Positions 44,258-55,190 of a stretch of 64,000 bases of DNA are shown piece by piece; the stretch's first letter is position 1; every line of letters starts with the position of its first letter. The DNA is from a candidate division WOR-3 bacterium. Its GTDB lineage: Bacteria > Hydrothermota > Hydrothermia > LBFQ01. The DNA lies in contig JBDRWW010000003.1 of NCBI GenBank assembly GCA_039802605.1, positions 1-64,000 on the forward strand. The letters are read 5' to 3'. The position numbers and the translations under genes were made by a program. The notes under the pieces were generated by a model, which was given only the letters and a program-made list of their open reading frames with translations, was not told the origin of the DNA and made no database searches.

Positions 44258-46852
44258 GTGAAAGAAATAGAAAAAACATACGATTTTAAGGAGTGGGAAA
44301 GGTTCTTATACTCAAAGTGGCTTGATGCTAAGGTTTTTAGGGCTACGGTTGATGAGGCTAGGGGTAAAAGGGTTTTCACAATAATGATGCCTCCACCCAA
44401 TGTAACCGGAAATATCCACATGGGTCATGTCCTTGATAACACCATTCAAGATGTCGTTGCTAGGTTTAAGAGGATGACGGGTTATTATGTCCTATGGCAA
44501 CCCGGAACGGATCACGCGGGAATTGCAACACAAAATGTTGTTGAAAGGGAACTGAAAAAAGAAGGGAAGACCAGGTGGGAGGTGGGGAGGGAAGAGTTTA
44601 TCAAAAGGGTTTGGGAATGGAAAGAAAAATACGGCAATCTGATAATTGAATCTTTGAAAAAACTCGGGATTTCTCCGGATTGGGATAGGTTGAGGTTTAC
44701 CCTTGACGATGGTTATAGTAAGGCCGTTATAGAGGCTTTTGTTAGGTTATACGAGGCGGGTTTGATATACAGGGGTTATAGGCTTATAAACTGGTGTCCG
44801 AGGTGTGGAACCGCCTTGGCCGACGATGAAGTTGAAAGGGAAGAAGAAAGCGGCTATATATATTATTTGAGATACCCCTTAACCGAAGGGGGTTATATAG
44901 TCGTCGCAACAACAAGGCCCGAAACCTACCTTGGAGATGTGGCCGTTGCGGTAAATCCGCAAGATGAGAGGTATAAGGGTCTAATAGGTAAAAGGGTTAA
45001 GCTGCCCTTTGTGGGCAAAAGGGTTGATGCGGAGGGCAAGGAGGTATATCCCGAAATACCTATAATATCCGACGAAAGCGTTGATATGGGGTTTGGAACG
45101 GGTGCCGTAAAGATTACCCCCGCCCATGACTTCAACGACTGGGAGATAGGCGAAAAGCACAAACTCCCCAAGGTTCAGGTAATAGACTTTGATGGGAAAA
45201 TAAACGAGAACGGTGGGGAGTGGAAGGGTTTGGACAGGTTTGAGGCGAGGGAGAGGATTGTAAAGGCCTTTGCGAATGCCGGATTGCTTGAAAAGGTTGA
45301 AAAACACACGTATTCACCGGGTAGGTGTTATAGGTGTTCTACGGTAATAGAACCTTTGCCATCCCTTCAATGGTTTGTAAAGATGAAACCTTTGGCACAA
45401 AAGGCCTTAGAGGCATACGATAAAGGGGAGTTAATAATAGTTCCGGAAATGTTCGGTAAGGTTTATAAAAACTGGCTGGAAAATGTTAAAGACTGGTGTA
45501 TATCAAGGCAAATATGGTGGGGGCATAGGATCCCCGCATATTATGGGCCGGATGGGGAAGTATTTGTGGGTAGGAATTACGAGGAGGCGCTTCAAAAGGC
45601 GGAAAAGCGTTACGGTGAAAAAGTTGAATTAAAGCAGGATGAAGATGTTTTGGATACTTGGTTTTCCTCTTGGCTTTGGCCCTTTGCAACCCTTGGATGG
45701 CCGGAAGAAACGGAGGATCTAAAAGTTTTCTACCCAACCCATTTCCTCCAATCCGGATGGGATATACTGTTCTTCTGGGATGCCCGTATGATTATGGCGG
45801 GTCTATTCTTCACCGGTAAAGTTCCCTTTAAAGTCCTATACCTCCACGGGTTGTTAAGGGATAAGTACGGTAGGAAGTTCTCAAAGAGTTTGGGAAACTT
45901 TCCGGATGTGTTTGAACTTTTGGATAAATACGGTGCCGACGGCCTTAGGTTTGGCGTTATGAGTTTAACACCCGAGGGTAGGGATATAAGGTTTGACGAA
46001 AACCAGCTCTTGGTTGGGAGGAACTTTGCGAACAAGATGTGGAACATAAACAGACTGATAAACATGTACCTTGAAGGGGAGGTTGATTTGGTAAAGCCAA
46101 ATCCTACTAAGCCTTATCAAAAGTGGGCTTTGCATATGCTCGGGAATTACATTGATGTTATAACCAAAAACCTTGAGAATTACGAGTTTGACGATTATGT
46201 TAAAAACCTATACCACCTAATTTGGAGTAATGTTGCGGATTGGTTGGTTGAGGCTTCAAAGCCTTACATAAAAGAGGGCAAAAGGGAGGCCTTGGATGTC
46301 TTACTCTATGTATGGATAAACTCCTTAAAATTGGCACACCCCATTATGCCCTTTATCACGGATGCTATATACGAGACTTTGCCCTTAAAAAACAAGGAAA
46401 TAACCCTTATGAAAACGGAATGGCCAAGGAGGGAATACGAATATCCCGATGAATACGAATATTTTGAGGATTTGAAGGAGGCTATAACCGTTTTCAGGTC
46501 TATAAAGGATTTGGTTGGTATAAAAAGCGCCCCTTATAGGGGTGATGTTGATGAATCTTTTGTATTTTTGGCGGGTGCGGAAAATGGGGATGCCGAGATT
46601 TGGGTGAAGATACCTTCAAGGTTTGAAGTGTATATCGGGCTTACAAGGGAACAAAAAAATAAGGTTGTTCAAAAGTTAAATAGGGAAAGGGAAGAGCTGT
46701 TAAGCGTTGTATCAAAGGTGGAGAAAAAACTTTCTTCGGACTTTGTCCATAAGGCGCCCAAACATGTAATTGAAAATGAAAGGGAGAAATACAAAACCTT
46801 AAAGGCAAAGCTTTCGGATATTGAAAGGCAATTGGAAATGCTAAACGGGTAG
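44258..46852 (+). CDS. valS: Valine-tRNA ligase
   Basis: PPPNVTG..HMGH, DHAGIATQ, DWCISRQIWWGHRIP, DVLDTWFSS, KFSKS. Confidence 0.98.
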   Translation: MKEIEKTYDFKEWERFLYSKWLDAKVFRATVDEARGKRVFTIMMPPPNVTGNIHMGHVLDNTIQDVVARFKRMTGYYVLWQPGTDHAGIATQNVVERELKKEGKTRWEVGREEFIKRVWEWKEKYGNLIIESLKKLGISPDWDRLRFTLDDGYSKAVIEAFVRLYEAGLIYRGYRLINWCPRCGTALADDEVEREEESGYIYYLRYPLTEGGYIVVATTRPETYLGDVAVAVNPQDERYKGLIGKRVKLPFVGKRVDAEGKEVYPEIPIISDESVDMGFGTGAVKITPAHDFNDWEIGEKHKLPKVQVIDFDGKINENGGEWKGLDRFEARERIVKAFANAGLLEKVEKHTYSPGRCYRCSTVIEPLPSLQWFVKMKPLAQKALEAYDKGELIIVPEMFGKVYKNWLENVKDWCISRQIWWGHRIPAYYGPDGEVFVGRNYEEALQKAEKRYGEKVELKQDEDVLDTWFSSWLWPFATLGWPEETEDLKVFYPTHFLQSGWDILFFWDARMIMAGLFFTGKVPFKVLYLHGLLRDKYGRKFSKSLGNFPDVFELLDKYGADGLRFGVMSLTPEGRDIRFDENQLLVGRNFANKMWNINRLINMYLEGEVDLVKPNPTKPYQKWALHMLGNYIDVITKNLENYEFDDYVKNLYHLIWSNVADWLVEASKPYIKEGKREALDVLLYVWINSLKLAHPIMPFITDAIYETLPLKNKEITLMKTEWPRREYEYPDEYEYFEDLKEAITVFRSIKDLVGIKSAPYRGDVDESFVFLAGAENGDAEIWVKIPSRFEVYIGLTREQKNKVVQKLNREREELLSVVSKVEKKLSSDFVHKAPKHVIENEREKYKTLKAKLSDIERQLEMLNG

Positions 46853-46858
46853 CACTAT

Positions 46859-47584
46859 ATGTTGATGCTTTTAGGGGTTATGCCAAAGGCCATAACCTTA
46901 TACGAGGGTGATACGCTTTTACTCGGCAACTTTCCCAGATGGGGGTTTTTTAAAAATAGGGGGGTTGTGTGTAAGGTTGAGGAGGGTAACGCGGTTGAAT
47001 TAAGGGGTGACACTTTAATAGCCAAAAGCGTTGGCATATCCATAATTTTATGCGGAAAGGGGGAGATAGAGAGGGGTTTTGTTATAAGGGTTGTTCCGAA
47101 GGGGTTTGAAAGACCTGAACCCATATTTTTGCGTGTGGGTGAAAGGGTAAAACTTCCAAAATTCGGGTTTCCAGAGGAACTAAAAGTTTATTTTTTGGTA
47201 AAACCCCCTTGGTTGGCAAGGGTTATAGGGGATTCCTTGGAAGGACTTTCGGAAGGAAGGGGGATATTGCAGGTGCATATAGTTAAAGGTGATAGGATTT
47301 TGGACGAATTTCCAATACCATTGGTAGTTGAAGGGAAAAGTAAAGTTTATATTTCGCCAAAAATGGTGGTTTTAAGGGTTGGGGAGGCTACAAAGTTTTC
47401 AATTTCCGGAGATTATATTTCCGCCGATTGGCAAATTTTACCAAAGGGCGTGGGTGATATATCCGGTGATGGGGTTTTTACGGCTTTAAAGCCCGGAAAG
47501 GCCGTAATAATAGCAAAGGTAAGGTTAAAGGATGGGAGTGTGGCATCCGCAAAAGCCTTTGTGAGGGTATTAAAACGGCCTTAG
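46859..47584 (+). CDS. Hypothetical Ig-like (Big_2-like) domain protein
   Basis: Repeated L.VGE, W.....G.I..DG.FTA.KPG...I.A pattern. Confidence 0.55.
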   Translation: MLMLLGVMPKAITLYEGDTLLLGNFPRWGFFKNRGVVCKVEEGNAVELRGDTLIAKSVGISIILCGKGEIERGFVIRVVPKGFERPEPIFLRVGERVKLPKFGFPEELKVYFLVKPPWLARVIGDSLEGLSEGRGILQVHIVKGDRILDEFPIPLVVEGKSKVYISPKMVVLRVGEATKFSISGDYISADWQILPKGVGDISGDGVFTALKPGKAVIIAKVRLKDGSVASAKAFVRVLKRP

Positions 47585-47594
47585 AATTCCCACT

Positions 47595-48134
47595 ATGGCT
47601 TTGTACGAAAGGTATAAAAACGAGATAAGGAAAAAACTGGCCGAGGAGTTAAATTTAAACATTATGGAGGTACCAAGAATAGAAAAGGTTGTGGTACATG
47701 TGGGTTGGGGTAGGGAGGCGGTTGAAGACCCCAAATCCTTAGAAATTGTAGCCCAAGACCTGGCCATTATAACCGGTCAAAAACCCGTAATCACTAGGGC
47801 GAGGAAATCTGTGGCGCAATTCAAGCTTAGGAAGGGCATGCCGATAGGTTTAAAGGTTACTTTGAGGAGAAAAAGGGCTTACGATTTCCTTGAAAGGCTT
47901 ATAAACTTTGCATTGCCAAGGGTTAGGGATTTTAGGGGTTTGCCCAAGGACGGATTTGACGGTAGGGGTTCCTATAACTTCGGTTTGAACGAGCACACAG
48001 CATTCCCCGAAATAGACATTGATAAGGTTCAAAGGGTTTTTGGGATGGACATAACCATAGTTACATCTGCCAAGAACGATGAGCTGGCCTATAGGCTGCT
48101 CGAGGCGATCGGTTTCCCCTTTGAAAGGGCATGA
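47595..48134 (+). CDS. rplE: 50S ribosomal protein L5
   Basis: ITGQKP..T.ARKS...FKLR.G..IG.KVTLR, LPRVRDFRG, FDGRG.Y. Confidence 0.98.
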   Translation: MALYERYKNEIRKKLAEELNLNIMEVPRIEKVVVHVGWGREAVEDPKSLEIVAQDLAIITGQKPVITRARKSVAQFKLRKGMPIGLKVTLRRKRAYDFLERLINFALPRVRDFRGLPKDGFDGRGSYNFGLNEHTAFPEIDIDKVQRVFGMDITIVTSAKNDELAYRLLEAIGFPFERA

Positions 48135-49525
48135 AAAGGTTCTTATTCGTTTTGCCGTTTATAATTTCCTGTGCAACAACGGAGGAGGGGGCCGTGAGAA
48201 AAGAAACACAAAAGGAGATAAAACCCTTAACCATACCCGAAATAAAAACCGTTGAAAAAACCTTGCCAAACGGTCTCCACATAATTGCGGTAAAGAAGGA
48301 TAAACTGCCGATATTTTATATGGAGTTGGTTTTAAAGGCGGGTTCGGTTTTGGATCCCAAGGGTAAGGAGGGGTTGGCAAACCTGGTGGGGTCTCTGGTA
48401 GATGAGGGTACTAAAAACAAAACATCCGAACAGATAGCCGAATACATAGAAAGCCTTGGGGCGAACTTTAATGTATCCGTGGGTAAAACTAGAACGGAAA
48501 TTACGGCCAAATGTTTAACCCCGGATGCGGATAGCCTTCTGTCCATAGTATCCGAGATCGTTATGTATCCCACATTCCCCAAAAAGGAGTTTGAGAGGGA
48601 AAAGAGGAGGCAGATTTCAGGTTTAAAAAACAATTTGAGCAATCCAAATTATGTGACATTTGTTAAATTGGACAAACTGGTTTACGAGGGTACCCCTATG
48701 GAACACCCAACGGATGGTTATGTTGAAAGCGTTGAAAAAATAACCTTGGATGATGTTAATGAATTTTATAAAAACTATTGGCTACCAAATCTCTCCTATA
48801 TTGTGGTGGTTTCAAGTTTGGAGCCCGAAGAGGCTATAAGGAAAATAGAAATGTTCTTCGGGAATTGGCAAAAGAAAGAGATTTCACTCCCGGATATACC
48901 AAAGCCAAAGGGGGAAAAGAGGGTTGAGATATTCCATATGGATGGTATAAATCAGGCATATATCAGGCTTGCCTTCCCCGTGGATGTTCAGCGCAATTCT
49001 CCGGATTATAACAAGGTGCGTGTGGCAAATTACATTTTGGGAGGTTCCGGATTTTCAAGTAGGATTTTGAAAAAAATAAGGGTTGAAAAGGGATACGCTT
49101 ACTCGGCATACTCCTATGTTATGCCCAACATAGTTTGGAAGGAGGAGAATTACCCCTCAGTTTTCATAGCGGGTTTGCAAACCAGGGTTGAAACATCCGA
49201 AGATGCCGTTAACACTCTGGTGGAACTCATAAAAGAGGCAAAGGAAAAAGGTTTTACGGAAGAGGAATTAGATGCCGCCAAGAGTTTTTATAACGGTTAT
49301 ATAGCTAGGTTGTCGGAAACATATTCCCAAATAGCGGATTTAATATCCACGCAATACGAATACAAACTCCCAAATATGTTTTGGATTAAGGACATTGATG
49401 AGATAAGGTCATTAACCTTAAAGGATATTAACGAAACCGCGCGGAAACACTTTAATACGGAAAACTTTATCCTTTTGATAGTTACGGATACCACAAAGGT
49501 TAAGTTTAAAAACCTAAAAATTTGA
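48131..49525 (+). CDS. M16-family peptidase-like lipoprotein (non-catalytic subunit)
   Basis: L.NGL, AGS..DP.GKEGLA, ILGG.GFSSR...IR..KG.AY; HXXEH absent. Confidence 0.85.
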   Translation: MKRFLFVLPFIISCATTEEGAVRKETQKEIKPLTIPEIKTVEKTLPNGLHIIAVKKDKLPIFYMELVLKAGSVLDPKGKEGLANLVGSLVDEGTKNKTSEQIAEYIESLGANFNVSVGKTRTEITAKCLTPDADSLLSIVSEIVMYPTFPKKEFEREKRRQISGLKNNLSNPNYVTFVKLDKLVYEGTPMEHPTDGYVESVEKITLDDVNEFYKNYWLPNLSYIVVVSSLEPEEAIRKIEMFFGNWQKKEISLPDIPKPKGEKRVEIFHMDGINQAYIRLAFPVDVQRNSPDYNKVRVANYILGGSGFSSRILKKIRVEKGYAYSAYSYVMPNIVWKEENYPSVFIAGLQTRVETSEDAVNTLVELIKEAKEKGFTEEELDAAKSFYNGYIARLSETYSQIADLISTQYEYKLPNMFWIKDIDEIRSLTLKDINETARKHFNTENFILLIVTDTTKVKFKNLKI

Positions 49526-50562
49526 GGGTTTTTATATCAACGGGTGAGGTTTCCGGGGATAAAAATGCCGCATATTTGGTCCGTAAATTAAAGGTTTTTG
49601 GTTGGCGTTTTTACGCCCTTGGAGGGGAAAACCTCAGATATGAGGGTGTTGATATAGTGGAAAACCCCGAAAACATATCCGTTGTGGGCTTTCAGGAAGC
49701 CATAACTAGGTTAAGCGAAATAAACAGGGTTAAAAGGAAGGTTTTGGAATACGCTTTGAGTTCGGATTTGATAATAGGGGTTGATTTTCCGGGTTTTAAC
49801 CTTCCGCTTTTAAAGTACCTAAAACAAAAGGGGAAAAAGGTGGTTTATTACATATCCCCTCAGGTTTGGGCTTGGGGGAAGTGGAGGGTTAGGGATTTGA
49901 GGTTATTTGATGCGGTTTTGTGCATCCTTCCATTTGAGGAGGATTTTTTAAGGTCTTATGGCATTAATGCCTTTTTCGTGGGACATCCAGCGGTTAAAGA
50001 GAATAACGGGGGTAAGGATATACGGATAAACCCACCCGTGATAGGGTTTTTACCCGGTTCAAGGAAGGACGAGGTTAGGAGGCTTTTGCCCCGTATGATA
50101 AGGATAGCGGCTTTCGTAAAAAAGCTCCTTCCCGAGGCCAAATTTTTGTTCTCCGTACCATTTGATTACAAATTTGACCTGCCCGATACACATTATGTTA
50201 TAGGTATGGGGAGGGATGTTATAAGGGCCAGCGATGTTGTGGTTTCATCATCGGGCACGGCAACATTGGAAGCCGCCGTTGAAGGAAAACCCGCGGTTGT
50301 CCTCTATATGGTTTCGGAATTAACATACTGGCTCGGTAGGATTGTGCTGAAAATACCCTATATAAGCCTTCCGAATATAGTCTTGAAAAGGAAAGTATAT
50401 CCGGAATTCGTCCAACACATAAAACCGGAAAGTGTGGCGGAAAAGGTTTTGGAGATGTATGGCAGAAAGGAGGAATTCTCCGCCTTATCAAAGGAAATTT
50501 CCAAACTCTTAAAGGGTAAATACGACGAGGTGGAAGTTTTAAAAGAAATTTTACGACTTTAA
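49522..50562 (+). CDS. lpxB: Lipid-A-disaccharide synthase
   Basis: GEVSGD, VDFPGFN, YISPQVWAW, FVGHP, LPGSR..E, SGTATLE. Confidence 0.95.
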   Translation: MRVFISTGEVSGDKNAAYLVRKLKVFGWRFYALGGENLRYEGVDIVENPENISVVGFQEAITRLSEINRVKRKVLEYALSSDLIIGVDFPGFNLPLLKYLKQKGKKVVYYISPQVWAWGKWRVRDLRLFDAVLCILPFEEDFLRSYGINAFFVGHPAVKENNGGKDIRINPPVIGFLPGSRKDEVRRLLPRMIRIAAFVKKLLPEAKFLFSVPFDYKFDLPDTHYVIGMGRDVIRASDVVVSSSGTATLEAAVEGKPAVVLYMVSELTYWLGRIVLKIPYISLPNIVLKRKVYPEFVQHIKPESVAEKVLEMYGRKEEFSALSKEISKLLKGKYDEVEVLKEILRL

Positions 50563-50572
50563 AATTCCCATT

Positions 50573-51886
50573 GTGAAAAGGATTACCGTAATAGGGGCGG
50601 GTTTGGCTGGTAGCGAGGCTGCCCTAGTCGCCGCGAATATGGGGGTTGATGTGATCCTATACGAAATGAGGCCTAAGAAAATGACGCCCGCCCACACCTC
50701 GGGAAAACCCGCAGAATTGGTTTGCTCAAACAGTTTAAAATCTAAGGATTTGTTTTCCGCTCCGGGTTTGTTAAAAGAGGAGTTAAGGATTTTGGATTCC
50801 CCATTAATAAAATTTGCATACGAATGCGAAATTCCGGGAGGAAAGGCCTTAACGGTTGATAGGTGGTGCTTTGCCGATAAAGTTGAAAGGGCATTAAAAA
50901 GTCATCCGAATGTAAAGTTTATAAACGAAGAAATAAGGGAAATACCGGATGGAATTGTTGTAATAGCAACGGGGCCCTTAACATCGGACGCTTTGGCCGA
51001 AGCCATTGGCGGGCTAATAGGTGAAGAATATCTCTTCTTTTACGATGCACAATCCCCCATAGTTGATGGCGACTCCTTAAACTACGAAAAACTATACTTT
51101 AAAGACAGGTTTGGTTATGACGATTCGGCATATTTAAACGCTCCCATGACAAAGGAGGAATATATGGCATTCTGGGAAGCCCTTGTAAATGCTGAAATTC
51201 ACGAACCCAAGGAGTTTGAAAGGGATATATGCTATTTTGAGTCCTGTTTGCCCATAGAAGTTATGGCGAAAAGGGGCCCCGAAACCCTTTTATATGGACC
51301 TTTAAGACCTATTGGGTTGGAAGATCCCAGAACGGGAAAACTACCTTATGCCGTGGTTCAATTGAGGAGGGAAGATTCCGAAGGGAAGGCTTGGAACTTG
51401 GTGGGTTTTCAGACACAGTTAAAAATATCGGAACAAAAAAGGGTTTTTAGGATGATACCGGGTTTGGAGAACGCGGAATTTTTAAGATATGGAGCCGTGC
51501 ATAGAAATACATATATAAACAGCCCAAAACTTTTACTACCAACACTGCAACTTAAAAAGGAACCGAGGATACTTTTCGCCGGTCAGATAACGGGTACGGA
51601 GGGTTATGTCCCCGCAATAGCGGGTGGCCATTTGGCCGGATTGAATGCGGCTTTAATGGCTTTGGGCCTGGAACCCGTTGTCCCCCCAAAACATACGATG
51701 ATAGGGTCTTTAATCCATTATATAACCACGCCTAAAAAGGATTTTCAGCCCATGAACGCAAACTTTGGAATAGTTCCCGATGTTCCAAAAATGAAAAGGG
51801 AACATAGGATAAGGTTTATAGTGGAGAGGGCCTTGTCGGAAATTAGAGAGTTTAAAGAAATGTTGGAAATTGCCCTTGTTAAGTAA
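50573..51886 (+). CDS. trmFO: tRNA (uracil-54) methyltransferase TrmFO
   Basis: GAGLAGSEAA, AELVCSNS, ATGPLTS, VGFQT, HRNTYI, FQPMNANFG. Confidence 0.96.
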   Translation: MKRITVIGAGLAGSEAALVAANMGVDVILYEMRPKKMTPAHTSGKPAELVCSNSLKSKDLFSAPGLLKEELRILDSPLIKFAYECEIPGGKALTVDRWCFADKVERALKSHPNVKFINEEIREIPDGIVVIATGPLTSDALAEAIGGLIGEEYLFFYDAQSPIVDGDSLNYEKLYFKDRFGYDDSAYLNAPMTKEEYMAFWEALVNAEIHEPKEFERDICYFESCLPIEVMAKRGPETLLYGPLRPIGLEDPRTGKLPYAVVQLRREDSEGKAWNLVGFQTQLKISEQKRVFRMIPGLENAEFLRYGAVHRNTYINSPKLLLPTLQLKKEPRILFAGQITGTEGYVPAIAGGHLAGLNAALMALGLEPVVPPKHTMIGSLIHYITTPKKDFQPMNANFGIVPDVPKMKREHRIRFIVERALSEIREFKEMLEIALVK

Positions 51887-51895
51887 AGGAGGAAA

Positions 51896-52387
51896 ATGAA
51901 AGTTAGAGAAACGGATTTGCCAGGTGTGGGGAAAAGATATACCCTTGAATTACAAAGCGGATGGGAGATAACGCTTATTATTCATAATACTGGAAGGAGG
52001 GAGATTTACATAATAGAACCCGAAGAGGAAGAACCCAAATGTGTTTTATCCTTAACGGAGGATGAGGCAAAAGATTTAGGGTTTTTGCTCGCCGGAACTA
52101 CTTATCAATCCGTATCCCCCGAGAGAATGGAGTTTATAATGAAGGAAATGGTTATGGAGTGGGTAAAAGTTGGTAAAAATTCCAACCTTGTAAATAAAAC
52201 CCTCGTAAATGCCCAAATAAGGGAAAGAACGGGTACATCAATATTGGCAATACTTAGAGGGAAAGATATGATAGTAAATCCCGATCCGCACAAAACCGTA
52301 ATAAAGGAGGGAGATATACTCGTTGTGGTGGGGACAAGGGAACAGATAAACAACTTCTTAAAATATTGTGGGGATTGCACCCATTGA
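51896..52387 (+). CDS. Cation:proton antiporter regulatory subunit (KhtT-like, TrkA-C)
   Basis: ETDLPGVG, LT..EA..LG, IR.RTG.SI.AI.RG. Confidence 0.88.
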   Translation: MKVRETDLPGVGKRYTLELQSGWEITLIIHNTGRREIYIIEPEEEEPKCVLSLTEDEAKDLGFLLAGTTYQSVSPERMEFIMKEMVMEWVKVGKNSNLVNKTLVNAQIRERTGTSILAILRGKDMIVNPDPHKTVIKEGDILVVVGTREQINNFLKYCGDCTH

Positions 52388-52398
52388 GGTTATAACCT

Positions 52399-53550
52399 AT
52401 GGATAGTCATTCATCCTTAGCCTTTATTAAACTCGCTTTGCTTTTTGTTTTTATGTTTTTTGTCTCATCCGGATTTAAAAGGTTCGGAATACCGACAATA
52501 ATTTCCTTTCTATTAGTTGGCTTTTTAGCTAAAATTTTCTTAGGAGAAGAAGATGTTCATTACATAGTGTTTTTCAAAGAACTGGGCATAATCCTTCTGT
52601 TTTTCTTCATAGGCTTAGAATATACCTTTGAGAGGTTGAAGAATATGTTTTTTATATGGAAGCCGGGGGTGGTTGATTTTGCTTTAAATTTTATACCCGC
52701 TTTTCTTCTGGGGCTTTTGTTTGGTTTGAACCCTATAACATCTTTAATTTTAGCAAGTGTGTTTTATCCAACGAGTACATCAATAACTGCAAAACTTTTA
52801 ACGGATTTTAAAAGGCTTGCATCACCCGAAGCGGAATTATTAATTGGTATATTGATTTTTGAGGACTTGATGGCCATTATAATATTATCGTTATTAGTCC
52901 CTTTAAAGGAAATAGGTGGTTTGCAGTTTGAAATGTTTTTTACCATTTTAGCAAAGTTATTAATTGTACTTGCAGTTTTTTACGCACTCTACCGTTTTGT
53001 ATTACCGAGAATAAATTCCTGGCTAAACGCGATTTCAGAGGATGAAAGTTTTTCGTTTCTCGTAATCGGGTTTATCATGCTTGTTGGCTTTTCGTTTAAG
53101 GAGTTTGGGATTTCGGAGGCTCTTGGGGCTTTTTTACTCGGTGTTTTGGTCCCCGAAAGCCGTATTAAAGAAAACATTGAGCGTCAATTTTTTTCCTTAA
53201 AAGAATTTTCCATTGGTATATTTTTCTTCTTCTTTGCCTACGAAATACCTTTAAGCATTCCGAAAAATCCAATATTCGTGATATTGCTCATACTCTTCGG
53301 AATAATTTCAAAGATTATCTCAACATATATATCCGCGTACTTTTATGGTATGAAGAAAAAGGCAAGGCTTAGGACAGCCCTATCGTTTGTACCCAGAGGT
53401 GAATTTTCGGTCATATTATCCTCCTTTGATCCTACGGTTAAGATGTTGTCCATACCTTTTATATTTGGCACCGCTCTTGTAGGGGCACTTTTATTCGCTT
53501 TGGCTCCGAGACTTGCCAATATTGTCTATCCCAAAAGCAAAAGGGTATAA
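52399..53550 (+). CDS. CPA2 cation:proton antiporter (KhtU-like)
   Basis: LFFIGLE, TST.I..K, ILIFEDL, S.ALGAF..G, PRGEFS. Confidence 0.9.
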   Translation: MDSHSSLAFIKLALLFVFMFFVSSGFKRFGIPTIISFLLVGFLAKIFLGEEDVHYIVFFKELGIILLFFFIGLEYTFERLKNMFFIWKPGVVDFALNFIPAFLLGLLFGLNPITSLILASVFYPTSTSITAKLLTDFKRLASPEAELLIGILIFEDLMAIIILSLLVPLKEIGGLQFEMFFTILAKLLIVLAVFYALYRFVLPRINSWLNAISEDESFSFLVIGFIMLVGFSFKEFGISEALGAFLLGVLVPESRIKENIERQFFSLKEFSIGIFFFFFAYEIPLSIPKNPIFVILLILFGIISKIISTYISAYFYGMKKKARLRTALSFVPRGEFSVILSSFDPTVKMLSIPFIFGTALVGALLFALAPRLANIVYPKSKRV

Positions 53551-53585
53551 TCGGATGGCGCTTTCAACCTTATAATACCCTCACC

Positions 53586-55172
53586 ATGCTCTGGATAATT
53601 TCTTTAACACAGCTTGCCGGAAGGTTTGAGGCGGAACCCTTAAACACCATAAAAAGGGTTCCAACCAACATAAGCGTAAATAATCCCATAAATTCCCTAA
53701 AACTCAACATATACCCAAAACCAATACCAAAGTCGGATTTTTATTTCAGGGCGCCAATAAACTGGTTGAACAATCATGTAAGCTCCGGACGCAATTCGGG
53801 TTTTGAACACAAAGTGGGTATAGGAATAAATTCCTTTAACGATCTCTGGTATGTTTATTCCTCATCGGATGGAGTATCAAACAACGATACTTTACATATC
53901 TTCTGCTCTTCGGATGGTGGAAACACTTGGCTTTATGTTGGAAATTTGGCCTCAAATAACCCCGCTAAGGGGATATTTGAACCATTTCTAAACATAAACC
54001 CTTCGGATAACTATCTTTATGTGATTTTCACCTATGCGAGGAAAAACTCTTATGGGAATTACAACGCCGATACCGTTTCCGTGTTAAGGTTTCAAACGAA
54101 TTCCGGATGCACAACCGTTTCCGGTACCCAAGGGGTTTTTCAGGTTAGCGCTTCATCTTGGTTATACCATACTGCGGTTATAGCCTCCGAACCCACAACA
54201 AGCTATGTATTTGCAATGCTTTTGGATCCGAGCGGATATGTAGATTTTTATAAATCTTCCGATAGAGGTGCTACTTGGACATACGCGAGGAGCTGGAATT
54301 CCGGGCCCTCATTTACAAGGTATTTCTGGGCTTCCTCAAAGGCGGGTGCCAACAGGGGTACATATTTCTCGTTTATAGAGATAAACGACGCCACGGACCC
54401 GCTTACGGGGGCGGATAACAAGTATTATGTTATGTACGCCGAATGGGGGAGTTCTCCGGATACTTTTAGATTATGGTGGTTTGGTCCTACAAGCGGGTAC
54501 GATTCCTTAGAGGGACCTATAAGCAATACCTTTTATTGCCGCCGCACATGTTCAACCCCCTTTGATAGCGTTTTCCTAATGACTTTTAGCAGAAAGACGG
54601 CTGGACCAAATGCCTACGCCGTTTTAATGAACAAAGGAATAGATACCACCATTTGGACCACAGTTATATTCGATTCTTTAAACAACAGACCTTACCGTTC
54701 CCCATCCGTAGCCTATGCTCCAAACGAGGGTAGGGTAATTTTGAGCGTATTATACGATTCGCTTAATACTCGTTTTGGAGTTTTAAGGGTTTGGGTTTCC
54801 TATCCGGATAGCACCCTTTACTGGACAAACTGGCTTGGCTCATCCCTTGACGCTTGGGATACCAAGGATTTGAAGGTTGATATGGGCAATATGCTTGAAC
54901 CATATGCTTTGAGTTCAGTCGTTAGGTATGCGACTCCGGGTGATTTTAGGGTCCATATAGCGTGGAGAAAGGTTAATGGTTCTACGGGAGGTGGGGATGC
55001 TTGGCATGCAACGCCCACGATAGCCTTTACAAGTGTAGAAGAATTTAAGAAAACATTAACCCTTAAAGGCGCTGTATTTTACGATGTTTTGGGTAGGAGA
55101 ATTAATAAGCCAACCAAAGGGGTTTTCTTCAAGGCGGTTGGGGGTAGGGTTGAAAAGGTTATACTTAGGTGA
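53586..55172 (+). CDS. Secreted BNR/Asp-box protein with T9SS-like CTD
   Basis: Asp-boxes SSDGGNTW, SSDRGATW; C-terminus FYDVLGRR....KGVFF......KVILR. Confidence 0.7.
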   Translation: MLWIISLTQLAGRFEAEPLNTIKRVPTNISVNNPINSLKLNIYPKPIPKSDFYFRAPINWLNNHVSSGRNSGFEHKVGIGINSFNDLWYVYSSSDGVSNNDTLHIFCSSDGGNTWLYVGNLASNNPAKGIFEPFLNINPSDNYLYVIFTYARKNSYGNYNADTVSVLRFQTNSGCTTVSGTQGVFQVSASSWLYHTAVIASEPTTSYVFAMLLDPSGYVDFYKSSDRGATWTYARSWNSGPSFTRYFWASSKAGANRGTYFSFIEINDATDPLTGADNKYYVMYAEWGSSPDTFRLWWFGPTSGYDSLEGPISNTFYCRRTCSTPFDSVFLMTFSRKTAGPNAYAVLMNKGIDTTIWTTVIFDSLNNRPYRSPSVAYAPNEGRVILSVLYDSLNTRFGVLRVWVSYPDSTLYWTNWLGSSLDAWDTKDLKVDMGNMLEPYALSSVVRYATPGDFRVHIAWRKVNGSTGGGDAWHATPTIAFTSVEEFKKTLTLKGAVFYDVLGRRINKPTKGVFFKAVGGRVEKVILR

Positions 55173-55190
55173 AGTTTAGTTTTCCGATAT

